The notes under the pieces were generated by a model. That model was given only the letters and a program-made list of their open reading frames with translations, was not told the DNA's origin and made no database searches. A stretch of 64,000 nt of DNA from Octopus sinensis (taxonomy: Eukaryota): assembly GCF_006345805.1 (NCBI RefSeq), contig NC_042999.1, positions 77,686,001-77,750,000 on the forward strand. Reading direction: 5' to 3'. The position numbers and the translations under genes were made by a program. This document shows, one piece after another, positions 25,528 to 38,520 of this stretch. Within the stretch, counting starts at the first letter, position 1; the number at the start of each line of letters is the position of its first letter.

Positions 25528-27077
25528 AATATCACCTGGTGACATGGTTACCGACGGAGATTTCAACAAAACAAAATCATGTGACTGAAACTTTATTCCC
25601 AACTACTTTTGAAGGAAATATAACTTCTTCGGGTAGTGCAATTCCGTCAACTGATGGACTTTCTACAAGCAGTTACAGCGAGGAAGAATTATTCAATGCA
25701 AGCACTCCGAGAGTGGAACTCAGTTCTGTACAGACTGTGGCATTAAACAGCAGTGATGTAACGACGCCGCCAGTGCAAATTAATGAGTCACTTCCCGAGA
25801 GTATATTACTGCAATATAACACGACTATCACCGAATCTTCATTATATGTAGACACGACCATTCAAAGTTATTTGATGACTACACTTGAACCAACCTATTA
25901 CACTTCTATTCTCACTCCTTTTTCTTCTTTATTCCTTTCACAAACGACTTCTTCCTTTCCTCTCTCTCCACCCTCTTCTTTGTCCTTGTCCTTCGCCTCC
26001 TCCATCTTATCTTTATCATTTCTATCATCCCCATCATTATCATTATCATCATCATCACCACCATCATCATCATTGATTTTAACTCCCCAATCAACATTAC
26101 TGCTTTCGGAGGACCAAAAGCAAACGTTGGACGTTTCTTTAGAATCCAGTTTATACCTTCATACAGTGACAAATGTTTCTAATCAGTTGAATTTACCATC
26201 GGTATCCACCATTAATCGTTCCTCGCTGTTTTCTACTGTCCATCCGGTTTCCTTAACTAACATGTTAACTACTCAGCCTACCAGTGTTTATTTCAATAGC
26301 TCTAAAGTAGATCAAGATATATCAACATCACAAACAGCCCATCCGATAACTTACACTACAGAAAATTATTCTGATACGAAAACTGCATTTTCGTATCTCG
26401 AAACAGTAACAGAAATCATTAAATCATTAGAAATTACGTCTAGCATAACTTCTTTAAATAATGATTTCAGTGAATCTTCTTTCCAGCCAGCACTTGAATC
26501 GTCATATTTTACACAAGAATGGAGCTCTGCCAATCTAAATCCTTCTTTAAACCAGTTATCCGTGGCAACAATCTCCACAAGTAATAGCTTTACAACGTTA
26601 CCTACAAATCAAATGAGTGAATCTCTATCCATAAATTCAGCAGAGACTGGTCTTTCCACATCAGATGATTACACAATAAGTTCAAGCCAATTAATCGCGG
26701 ATTCCAGCGAAAGTTTTACTGATTCTGGGAGTATTTTGATGTCGTATTTTGAAAATGAATTTGCAACCAGCCTGCTTACAGTTATCCCCAGTATCACCAA
26801 TTCTAAATCGGGCCAGCTATTGACGCAGTTTACATCTGAAGACCAAGTAATACTTACTCCCAGTAACACAATTGATTGGACTTCATACACATCTGGGAAA
26901 TTGATTTCAAGTAATCCAAGCAGTCAGTTTATTAGTAGCTTGTCCAGTAATATAATAAACTTCTCTCAAGAATTTAATGCATCCTTGAAACTGACATCCG
27001 GAATTGTCTGGCAACCGGAATTACTCGATAAGACAACATCCCAGTATAAAGATGCTGAGTTACGAGTATGGGAATTT
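25528..27077 (+). CDS. Mucin-like protein exon D (1,550 nt): Ser/Thr-rich linker and first third of SEA2
   Basis: ttcattttag|25528 (phase 1), open frame. Ends FNASLKLTSGIVWQPELLDKTTSQYKDAELRVWEF|gtaagt (phase 0), parallel to the end of exon A. Confidence 0.92.
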
Positions 27078-28511
27078 GTAAGTATGCAATATTTTGCTTC
27101 AAATATCTTTATAAAGATTTTGGGTCAATAAAATAATCTCTAATAACAATGAATTTGCTCAATCAACTATACCTCATTACTTACAAAACTTTGCCCTGGA
27201 GTAATTAGTAAAAATGTCAATATATAGTTCATTAGTAGAGAAAAGAGTCATTTGGAACTGGTTCATCAAGTTCCATAATTGCTATAGAATATCCCCTATA
27301 TATCAATAAGAATGTTCCATCAGAGCTGAATCATAAACTTCGATTGTTCTGAAATGTCGGTATTTTTGCCAATGTGTTAGTGGTTGAATCAAATCATCAT
27401 AAAAATGGCAGTTCATTAGTTAATCTTTTCACAGAACACAAGATTCCAAAGACTTCTGTTAATTTTTTTTTAAAAAGCATTTAGCAAACCAGAGACAAAC
27501 GCTTCCTTTGATTATGGCATTAATTTATAGAAGGCTACTTTTCAAAGCCTTGTACCTAATTTAAAGCCAAATAAGCCGAGTTGATATATAATTAAATATG
27601 TTGTCCACACGCAAATAGAAATGCTTGTCCAAGGAACTTGACAAAAGAACTTTAAACTGTATATCGACCTGACTGATTTTGTCAAGTGAGAGATAAAACA
27701 TTAAAGTAAAATCATTGCAGTAGTTAGTCTTGACTTAACGTTTTGAGTTCATATCATTCGAAGTCAACTTTGAGTAACACTTCAATGGTCAATAAAATAA
27801 ATATTAGAGACAACTGGAATCAATTCCATAACTGTTTCTTCGCGCAAATTGGGTTTGTGTCTGGTCAAAGGAAATATTATGATTAACATTTTTGAATAAT
27901 TGAAAACGGGTTTGACTCACATATAATTCAAGAGAATCACATATAGCTCACTGACTCAGGTAATAACGTTTATTCATCTTAGTGAAACCTGTCTTTTGAG
28001 CCTTTTTTTTTCATGAAAGGATAGATTCTTTTACTTTTATTTTTCGATAAACTTGGCAATGAATCTGTTAATTCCTATCTCTCGTTATTTTAAAATTAGA
28101 CACAGCACTTTTAGAACGAAAAGAAATTGTTTTCCCACTGAAATATAAAGGAAACATAGTTACACATAGATATCAATCATTTTCAACAAAACAACGATTA
28201 ATCTATTTAGGGGTTATTTATTAGATTAACTGTTGGATCACCTGTGGCGATAAACTGTTATTTATAAACGTGGACATAATTTACCCACCAGTTGTTGATT
28301 ATTGTTTATGCAATGCATATCGTTCGAGCTTGGTGCATGACCGACTTAATTGAAGGTATAACTTAATAAAGAAATTACCTTCTTCTTGACAGGATCATTT
28401 AATATAACTCTCTATAATTTAGCAGCCAGTTCCACTTGGCGGCTATATTAGCGACATTATTCTACTCTCGTATCTATATAATTAAAGGAAATGAAGATGG
28501 GTTTGTGTGGA

Positions 28512-28608
28512 TGTGTCTATGTGTGCATGCACAAACGATGAGGAAGAGAGAAAGAGTGAGATAGTCCTTTGTTTCCTTCAATTATGTGCGTGTGGGGGAT
28601 GTATTATA

Positions 28609-28648
<40 letters not shown>

Positions 28649-28737
28649 CATCCCCCACACGCACGCACATAATTGAAGGAAACAAAGGACTATCTCACTC
28701 TTTCTCTCTTCCTCATCGTTTGTGCATGCACATATAG

Positions 28738-28743
<6 letters not shown>
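28512..28743. repeat. ~97-bp inverted repeat centred on a (TA)n array
   Basis: Arms 28512-28608 and 28643-28743 differ by one substitution and a 4-bp indel. Confidence 0.85.
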
Positions 28744-28808
<65 letters not shown>

Positions 28809-28867
28809 CATACATATATATATATTATATATACATATATATATATGTATGCATATATATATATACA

Positions 28868-28902
<35 letters not shown>

Positions 28903-28903
<1 letters not shown>

Positions 28904-29065
28904 CCGCTTCTTGGGGAATGATCTCCCTTTGCAAGATAGAGGACGCCGTGATGGCGTCGGCCTATCTGGTGACGTTGATGTTCGCCTGGGGCTAAATGCA
29001 ACAGTGACACCCCCACCACCCTGCCCTGTCCCTAGCCATATTCAGTTGGCTAATATCCCTTATAT
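28903..29065 (+). mobile_element. 5'-truncated, diverged copy of the 360-nt HHR-bearing element at 55865-56330
   Basis: Aligns to 56160-56330 (ctggtgacgt.gatgttcgcctggggctaaatgca.cagt.acacccccaccacc..). Flanked by (TA)n/(CATA)n. Confidence 0.8.
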
Positions 29066-29069
29066 TATA

Positions 29070-29209
<140 letters not shown>

Positions 29210-29904
29210 CACATATATATCCTATATTTAGCAAATATGAATTTTGTCAAGTTACAGTTTACTGATCCGTTGAGTGTTTTATAAGTAAGCTAACTAGTTT
29301 ACTCGCTGTCATGAATGTCAGTTATCTCAACAGGAATAATAATTATATTATACTAATTATCGATTAATCCAGGATCCAGACAACCGTGAAGTCGCAGCTG
29401 ACTTAGTCATTCAAGTGTTAATTGAATGGCTGTATTCTGTTACATCCACTTGACTCGGCGTTCATGCTCGATGCACAACAATTTTTAACGATGTTTGCAA
29501 GCCTCTCGGTCTGGGAAAACTGAAGCAGTTGATACCAAGCACGAGCATCAACAAATAAACAAATAAATAAATAAATAAATAAATAAATAAAAGCGGGCCG
29601 AAAGGTAATCAGAATTGTGGTCTGGAATCCTGCAACAGAGTAAACTCTGCTAAAAGCACCCAAGAACTATCTGGTGGTATTAAACTAGGTGACATTTTAT
29701 CGTGATGCCAGCAGTATGGAAGGGAATTTAAACGGATACACATGTATACTGGAATGAGGCTGAGTTTGTTGGTTTGGTAGATTGAGCAAAAAGAAATTTT
29801 GTCCAAATATTGTTTCTAGATGGCTTAATACATTCATACCGTAATAATCTTGAAGTCATTGAAATACATATACTACATTTTTATTCCCGTTTTACCTCAT
29901 GGAT

Positions 29905-30055
29905 CCCAGTACTCAAGTGTTATTTATTTTATCGTTCCCGAGAGCATGAAAGGTAAAGTCGACCTCGGCGGAATTTGAACTCAGAACACAAAGACGGAAG
30001 AAATGCCGCTAAGCATTTACCCGGCGTGCTAACGATTCTGCCAGCTCGCCGCCTT
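29905..30055 (-). mobile_element. tRNA-derived SINE (second family)
   Basis: Reverse complement of the 24416 family head. Confidence 0.85.
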
Positions 30056-30198
30056 AAGGAAGCCTAATATTATCGAGACATGCCCGAAGTTGTCCTTGGT
30101 GTTCACCATGGCATTATTTATTAACTATATATATATATATGATTGATTGATTGATTCTAGTTTCAGCTTATGAGCTGTGGCCATGCTGGGGCACCGCC

Positions 30199-30270
<72 letters not shown>

Positions 30271-30302
30271 TATAATAAATAAATATATATATATATATAT
30301 AC

Positions 30303-30631
30303 GCGAGAAAGAAGCAACAAGAATGGATAGGTTTTAGTACGATCGTTTCATACAAGGACAGGTTTTATTAAAAGTTGCAAAGATTACAGCATATAAACGA
30401 GTCCCGTACTCATCAGCTAAAATACATGTAAGTTTAGAAATCTGTTTAATTATCTACATTACTTCATGAGTATAGCCTCAAACACTAGGATGTCTAGAGA
30501 ACTTACATGTATTTTAGCTGATGAGTACGGGACTCGTTTATATGCTGTATCTTTGCAACTTTTAATAAAACCTGTCCTTGTATGAAACGATCGTACTAAA
30601 AACCTATCCATTCTTGTTGCTTCTTTCTCGC
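30303..30631. ncRNA. ~131-bp inverted repeat carrying a divergent pair of type I hammerhead motifs
   Basis: Plus copy 30512-30601 reads ttttag-CTGATGA-gtacgggac..gtccttgtat-GAAA-cgatcg-TA-ctaaaa. Near-identical minus copy at 30332-30422. Confidence 0.8.
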
Positions 30632-30746
30632 TTATATCACCCCACATTACTGTATTGTTAAATCAGTATAGTTTTTTTTGGTGCATCTAAGTTAGGTACC
30701 ATATTCAAGTAAATTTTTTTAAATTAACTTGAATCTTTATTGCTCT

Positions 30747-30780
<34 letters not shown>

Positions 30781-31320
30781 TGTCTTATTCTCATTACATT
30801 AAATATGATGGCTGTAACATGAATGTGGTATATAGCCTTATTCCAGAACTGGTATGGTGATGGTAAGACAGGCGGTCATTAACAACATTCCTTCACCTTT
30901 TACTTTTCTTTCTTAAATTCTATTTCTGATTTGTTGCTGGTTTTCTCCTCCTTGAGAAAATTTTGTTCATAGCTCATTTTGGTTCCTTTTTTTAAATATT
31001 ATTATTGTTTATAGTTTCTTGAAAGCCACAAAAATTGTCTTACATTTTTTTTTTTACTTTCGTCCTATGAAAACCATATTTTGATCTGTTTGTACATACG
31101 TGCCTACGTGTGTGCATAAAATATATATGTGTATGTGTGGGTGGACCAGCAACTTGAGATGTGATCATGTCCTTTCTGCTCCAAGTGCCAAATATTTTAG
31201 GAGAGTGATGTGTAACTTCATTTGTTTGAACGAATATGTAGTGTGTACTTGGTTTATCTTCAGTGGGCTTTATATAAAATACATGCACACATACATATAT
31301 ATGCATTTTTTTTCTTGTAG

Positions 31321-31388
31321 ATAAATGCTGTTTTTGATGGGAGCAAATTGGCGGGCACCATAAAACGAATACGAATACATGGCTTCCG
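31321..31388 (+). CDS. Mucin-like protein exon E (68 nt): middle of SEA2
   Basis: ttttttcttgtag|ATA..TTC CG|gtagtt. Translates INAVFDGSKLAGTIKRIRIHGF(R). Same length and phases (0 to 2) as exon B. Not in the ORF track. Confidence 0.88.
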
Positions 31389-31899
31389 GTAGTTTATACA
31401 TTATTTCTACATCTAAAATAACCAAAGTTGTTATGGTCAAACACTATTCACATTTTCACCCAATGTCTTAATTGTTTATGTGTATGAATAAAATCAAAAT
31501 GTAATCACACTTTCGACTTTGCAAAACAAATAAATGAATAAATAACAACAATATTAACTTGAAACTCGTTTCAAGAGTGCCAGCATCATCTCTATTTTAC
31601 GGGAATGCTTATAACTAGATTTAATTTTTAACTACTGCAGTCTATCTTCTATCTTCGTACCTGTCTTCTTACAGCTGTTTTTATGTCGAATTCTAAATAA
31701 TCTGACCACAGCGCCTCTTTCGGCCATGTGAGTTATTTACTATAACAACGATGAAAAGCCACAACAAACCTGCTAATTAATTTCCTGAGTCAACGAAGAG
31801 TTGATTTCTTCCTCTCCTTATATTGAGTTGTCAGATAAACTCGTTTTATTTTATTTTTTCATTTACTTTATTCCTTACTTTTCACGAGCAAGTTTAGCA

Positions 31900-32900
31900 A
31901 ATCAATTAATAATAAATTCTCCTTCAATATTTACAACTTCTTGTCAACGTTTTCAATGTCTTGACGGTAGAAATCACTGAGTCTTGACCCGAAGTCATTA
32001 AGCACGTTTTCAGCTCCTTATCATTGCTGTACGAAACTCTTCGCAGATTGTGGGAGAGCGACAGAAAAGGTTGATATCTAGAAGGTGCTATATCAGGGGA
32101 TACGGTAGGTACAACTGAGCTCTTGAATAGTATTTTTGGACAAATTAACCACATTGGTGCGAGCGTTGTCGTGTTGAAGAAATACGCCGTGTTCCCGATC
32201 GGGTTGTTTTAGCTGGATTGCCTTTTTGAGCTGTGCATATTTACTGAACGTAAACTCTGCATTGACCGTGTATTTGTTTTCAAGCATTTCATAGTGGATA
32301 AGCCCTTCGCAATCCGACCAAACACATCATTGTTTTGCATGAATGCAGCTTTGGTTTGGCTCGAGGTGTTGCTAGCTTGTCCGGGACTCAGCCATTCTTT
32401 CCTCTACTTCATATTGACGTAAAGTCACTATTTTTCATCGCCTGTGATGATGTGGCAAGGAAATCTCTGTGTTCACGATTATCTTGGTATTGAGCGAGTA
32501 AACGGTTCGGAGCGTTTAGCACCCATGCGCCGAGCTTTTGGATCTTACCCAACGAGGAAAGTTAACGGGTGACGGTATCATGAGAGCATCCCATCTGCTG
32601 GGCCAATTCCTAAGTGGACTGGCGTGGACCCTTGTTAATGAGCTCGTTCAATCTATCCCGATTAAACTGAACAGGTCAGCCAGAACGCGGAAAGTCTGTG
32701 AGATCAAATTTCCTCTCCGTGAAAAGTGAAAACTATTTCTGTACAGTTCTTTCAGTAATAGTACCTTCTCCATAAACAGTACAAATGTCTAGAGCAGCTG
32801 TGGTAGCACTGGAACCTTGATTAAAAGCGAAGAGAAGCAAGCGTCGAAAATGCTCATTTTTTTCTACTTGGCGCTCCGTCGTCATGTCAGAAAAGAGGTA
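31900..32900 (-). mobile_element. Heavily decayed mariner transposase
   Basis: HGVFLQHDNART (HDNARPH-like) and VSPDIAPSRYQPF (YSPDLAPSDY-like). Ends are approximate. Confidence 0.7.
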
Positions 32901-34026
32901 AAACTTATTCAAATTTCAAAAATGATAAACTAAAGTTGTAGGGAAGAATAATGTTAAAACCATGAAAAACAACAATAAAAATATTTTCTGTGTATATTCA
33001 AATAACACTGGAAAGAAACGAATGACGACTCAATATGTCAAGCTACCTGTTTGTTTGTGCAGGAAGGATTTAGTTTTTCATTAAGACCATAACATAGCAA
33101 CAGTACCTAGATATGACATACCTATTTTTTCAGGGTGGCTATTTTGATTTATATTTTGGTAGTTAACAAAATGACTACCCTCTCGAGGTAGACTAAAAAA
33201 AACAAAAAACAAAAACATAGATGATATCATCCTGCTTCTCCATCTTCTCTTAATCTTCCTTTTCTCTTTTTTCTCTTTATCCTCCTTTTCTCCTTTTCCT
33301 TTTCTAGCCCAAAACTGAATCACTTCTGTATGTTATGGCGAACAAAATGCAAAAAATGCAAGGTACAATTGATCTAGGCCTGTAGCAATAAGTTACTCGA
33401 TTATTTATCGTCAACAGCAAAAGGTCACCGTGCATACATCACTTACTTCAGATTTACAAACTGCGTTAGTAGATTCTGAATACACGCCATTGTTTTATCC
33501 CCCGTATTCCCTTTCTAAATCTACAGACTCTTCCCTAGTCATAAAAATCATATCAAGACGACTCTGCTATTTCTTGCTAAACAACTTCGTCTAACATGTT
33601 CACTTGTCATAAACTTATTTTATAGAAGAGAGTGGTCCTACCTTAGAGCTGAGTCCTCGGAATAATTTCGATTCACGGTTGAAGTAAGCTCTCTACATCC
33701 GCAGTCTTTACTCTCCTCCTGCTCTGGTTTTTAAAAGCATTGCCTTATGCCTAAAAAAGCTAATAATTATTATAATTATTAACCCTAAAAACAAGAATGT
33801 GTAGAGGAAAATAAACATTTCAGTAAGCGGAATCTGAAACAAAGTTTTGAATTCCTATTAAAATATTTATCATTTCACTTATTTTGCTAACATTTTCTTG
33901 ATAAAAATAAAATATAAACATCACAAATCCTATTCTTCTTCCCCATCTCTCTCTCTCCTCCCCCTCTCTCCTCCACCTCTCTAATAATATAACTCATTAA
34001 TCATGGATTATTTTTGTGGGTTGCAG

Positions 34027-34172
34027 TGAAGGAAGTGTTGTTGTTGACTTCGAAGTTTTGGTCAATGGAAGCAGTACTAATGAGCAATCTATTAAAGAGG
34101 AGTTCGTAACATCTTATAACAATTTGAATAACCCAGAGTTTGGTATCGATAGCCAACAAATTAATTTTACTG
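34027..34172 (+). CDS. Mucin-like protein exon F (146 nt): C-terminal part of SEA2 with GSVVV
   Basis: ttgcag|T GAA GGA AGT GTT GTT GTT GAC TTC. Translates EGSVVVDFEVLV..FGIDSQQINFT. Donor G|gtgagt (phase 1). Confidence 0.93.
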
Positions 34173-34479
34173 GTGAGTTTTCCGTCGTTTTATTTATTCG
34201 GAATCTTCCTTGGTAAAATCATGGGGTGACTTATCACCGATAAAAAATATCGTAAATGACACTTGTTTGTTGCAAAATTCTCGATGTGTGTTCTATAAAG
34301 TTTAAAATCGTTTCCATCTTGTGTTTGTGATTCAGTATAGGATTATCGTTTTCGACGATGAGCATCCTGCCTGCATTCTGCAGACACTAGTACCCTTTAA
34401 TGCAATTGCTAGGCTGAATCAGTGAGGAAATGTGAGACAAGGCTAAACCATTAAATTGCAAATACAGTCCATCCGAGGT

Positions 34480-34632
34480 AATTTCGCGCGGCTTCCATCT
34501 ACCCAATTTCATGTAGATGACTTGGGTTGACTCGAGGATATGGTAGGAACATTTACACAAGATGCTGCGAAGTGAATTCGAACTATGGATCTTATTGCGA
34601 AATGAACTTCTTATTCACTCAACCATGCATGC
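34480..34632 (-). mobile_element. Decayed head of the 18000-family SINE
   Basis: Degenerate match to 18280-18432. Confidence 0.5.
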
Positions 34633-35074
34633 TTCCAGGTGAGATATGATAAGTAAAAGAATGACATGGAGCGCCTTATTACTCTGACGTACGATACAAC
34701 ACGATTTAGGTACGAAAAATCTTGGAAAACTTCGGTGGAGTATTTTACAATCAGTTAAGGTCACTATATGTTTCACCATATTTCAGAAATTAAAGAGATT
34801 TCAAAACCTTTGCACAATTTCACAAATGGAAACTGAAATAAAGTAGCTAGTCTGTTTCTTTAGTAACGAATATTTCTTTAAATTAGATTTTAAACTAAAT
34901 TGGGAAAGGAATTACTATTGTTAATATTACTATTCATTGCATTGTTACATTTTATGATGCCACGCATTCATTTAATCTAAACAGAGTGATAATTTCCTCT
35001 AACTGATGAGGAGTCATTGACTGTTTTGTCAGTAGACTGTTATTCAATCGATTCAATTCCCTATATTAATATAT

Positions 35075-35125
<51 letters not shown>

Positions 35126-35595
35126 TGTGTGTGTGTGGTGTGTGTGTGTGTAATTGACTAATCTGTTTTGTTTTTTTCTCAATGAAAAATCTTATGGTTC
35201 ATTATAAAATTAAATGTTAAACATTTTCTCAGGTCCAAAAACTTCCTTGGGCTTGTGTTTGGGCTTGTGTTTATTTCCCTTCTTTTGAAGCATTAAATAA
35301 AGGAAAAACTGATTTCCTACTGTATAGGTCTGTCGCAAGTAATTTATCCAAACAATTTACTCATTGATTTTACATCGTAGCTGCTGATTACAGCGTTGAA
35401 AAATAGCATTTTGTGGTACCTGTATACCGCCATACTGGTCGTGTATAGACCTAGCCAAGGATGTTTAGATATTTGAGAAAAGAACATGAAATAGTACGAA
35501 GCGCTAAACTATAAGCTGGTTGTTCTGAAGCTTACTGACTCGGCCACCTGCAGCTATCACTATGTTTTATTTTCATCTTTATTTATACTTTTCAG

Positions 35596-36168
35596 ATTCA
35601 ATGTCATTGCTTGCTACACACTTGACTTCAAACTTTTATGATTCGTCGGACATTTCAACATCTAATTCATTACAACACCAAACTGCTGTTACGCAGGAAA
35701 TCGAAACTTCTACATTTTCTCCTCAAGTGAGTTTCACAGGAGATAAAATTTCATCGTTTATCAGTGAAACGTTAATGCTTACAACAGAGCAACTGAGTGT
35801 CACATTGCCTTCTTTGTCTGTCAATCCTCCTCAAGACACGCCATCTTTCTTTATCAGTCCATCTCAAGTTACACCACCTTTATCTCTTACTCATTCTCAA
35901 GCTATTTCTAATACAATTCATTCACAATATACGACTCCAGATGCTACTAGTTTTTGGTTTGAAACTACTAATGAACCAATAACTTCAGTCATAAAAGCGA
36001 GCAGTTTATCGGAAGTTTTCCAGTCAAGTTCAAGATCCCATTATGAGTCATTGAGCATTGCAAGCAATTTGGAAGGCATAACTTCAAGTGTTATCGAATC
36101 CCAAGAGAGCTCTATTGACTACAAAAGTAACTCGAACATTAGTCCAGCTTCTCAAGAGACGGCAGCAG
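35596..36168 (+). CDS. Mucin-like protein exon G (573 nt): Ser/Thr-rich, phase 1-1
   Basis: tatacttttcag|AT TCA ATG, open frame, donor GCA G|gtaata. Confidence 0.85.
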
Positions 36169-36518
36169 GTAATAAACTGTTTATAACTACTAGAACGCTA
36201 ATATAGTAGTTGTTACATGTCTGTATCCTTGTTCAATTAAAATGAAATATAAAATTACATGACTAAATCCATATCCATGATGTTTTTGTTTAGAGTTAGA
36301 CAAGTCCCCGTTCAGCAGATTTATGATAAAAGACACTCCAACTACGCCATTACATCTTATTACGGCTATATAGCAGGTGGTGCAGTCACGTAGTAGTGAT
36401 GAAGTGAAAATACTATACTTATATATCTATCTCTCGATAGTCAGCTATACGCATATGCATGAATACATGCATACATATCTCTCTCGATAGTCAACATACA
36501 CATATGCATGAATACATA

Positions 36519-36640
<122 letters not shown>

Positions 36641-37031
36641 TATATTATATTAAATTAGGGATAAAACCACTATTAGGCAAATCAAACAGTGAAAATCATA
36701 AGCCAATACATAGAAATAAAATTAATTAAAAAATATATAAAAAATATATAAAAAATATAAAATATAAAAATCCAATTAAAATATTTAAATTAAAGTTAAT
36801 ATTAAAATAAATTATTTAAATTAATAAATTAAACTCATGAATTATAAATATATATATATTTTTTATTATTATTTTATTTAATTATTTATTGTTTTTATTT
36901 ATATTTTTTAATATTTAATTTTTAATTTTTAATTTTTTTAATTTTTTAAAAAATAATTTTATATTTATTTATTTATTTATTTTTATAAACTATCAAAAAG
37001 TATTAAAAGTTTAATAAGATAAAGAGTAAAA

Positions 37032-37127
37032 ACACTACGATCGTTTCATGCCCGTAACCAATTCGAATAACAATAATTTAAATTCAATTAATAATTCGAG
37101 TTATGGTTACAGTCAATCTTCAGGTTA
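37032..37127 (-). ncRNA. Type I hammerhead-like motif with long helix II (partly decayed)
   Basis: Minus strand reads taac-CTGAAGA-ttgactgtaacca..tggttacgggcat-GAAA-cgatcg-TA-gtgt. Helix II has 11 of 13 pairs; helix I is weak. Confidence 0.6.
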
Positions 37128-38407
37128 ATTGTAATATTTTAAGAAATAATCAAAAATATTTAAACAATATTTTTAAAGAAATAAATAATATAATAAATTT
37201 TCTTATAAAAAACTCTATTATCAAACTAGAAACTTAACGATTATGTCAAAACAACGATTATAATGTTAAATATTAATTTTAATTTTTAAGTATTAATTTT
37301 TAAGGTAAGAAACCCACCAATAATCTAATATCAGTAATAGTCAATATCTAATTACATAAATATTTTACAAAAAAAATGATTATTCATATTATTAAAATAT
37401 AAAATATCAAATAAAATATATAAATGTATATAAATATATAATTAAGGTCTAAATAATCACTATAAATAAATATATATGCACATATAATAAAGACCTAATA
37501 AATTAATTTTTCATATTTAAAGATGAAATAGCTAATTTCAAAAATACAAACTAACCATCTTAAACTAACGCTATAGTAAATTAACTATCTTTATGTCTTT
37601 GGCTAAATAATAATTTACAAAAATCTTATCTTTAAAGTACTTAAAGAAATAATCAATTCGTAGTTATATAGTAACAAATAAATACTATAAATATATTTAT
37701 CAATGGGAATAATGTAACTAGCAAATAACAATTTAAAAAGACAATATATAAGTTAAAATAATAATTATAAGAAATTTAAAACTACAATTAATGCTATTAA
37801 TACATGTATATACATGAATCTAACTTATACAAACTCATATACTTGCTATCAAACAACATATCTATCGCTAAGTAAATTCTTACGAATAAACTTAAAGTTA
37901 ATATCTAATAATTATATAGAAAATTACGATAATTGGATATACAACGATATATACATAAAAAAACAATAATATTATACCATAAGACTTATAAATATTAAAA
38001 TTTAGAGATCTTAAATATAAATTTATACTTATCTTAGCGAAGTTTTGTAATGAACTAAAATTTTGAATCGGAAAACGTCTTTACAGCGTTTATAAGAATA
38101 CTCGTGGAATTACGTTATTAGCAAAAAAAGAATAAATTACAAATTGAGATAGGGGTTGTGAGTGCAACCCACCATGGGATAACATATATCCAATATACTG
38201 CCAGTAAAGCACCCAACAAAGTTAATACATAAATGTTAAGAATTGCGATGCAATTAATTCATTTATTGCATTATATGAGCGAAGGTAAAATGTTTTACCA
38301 CAAATTTACAATACAAAATAAGAAAATGGAGGATTAATAAATTATGTGAATGGGTATTATCTACTAGTTGATTATTGATTAAGGTGTATTTCTCCATTTT
38401 CTTATTT

Positions 38408-38451
<44 letters not shown>

Positions 38452-38476
38452 ATATAAATATGTGTGTAGATATATG

Positions 38477-38520
<44 letters not shown>

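Noticed and set aside
25885-26076. His-rich 63-aa ORF
   Set aside because: Alternative frame of the Ser-rich (TCA)n stretch in exon D.
35003-35040. CTGATGA followed by a good hairpin
   Set aside because: No GAAA, helix III or helix I partner. At most a truncated relic.
36650-38340. Possible mitochondrial insertion (NUMT)
   Set aside because: I found no 12S/16S conserved motifs, and frequent TAA stops interrupted the frames I tried.
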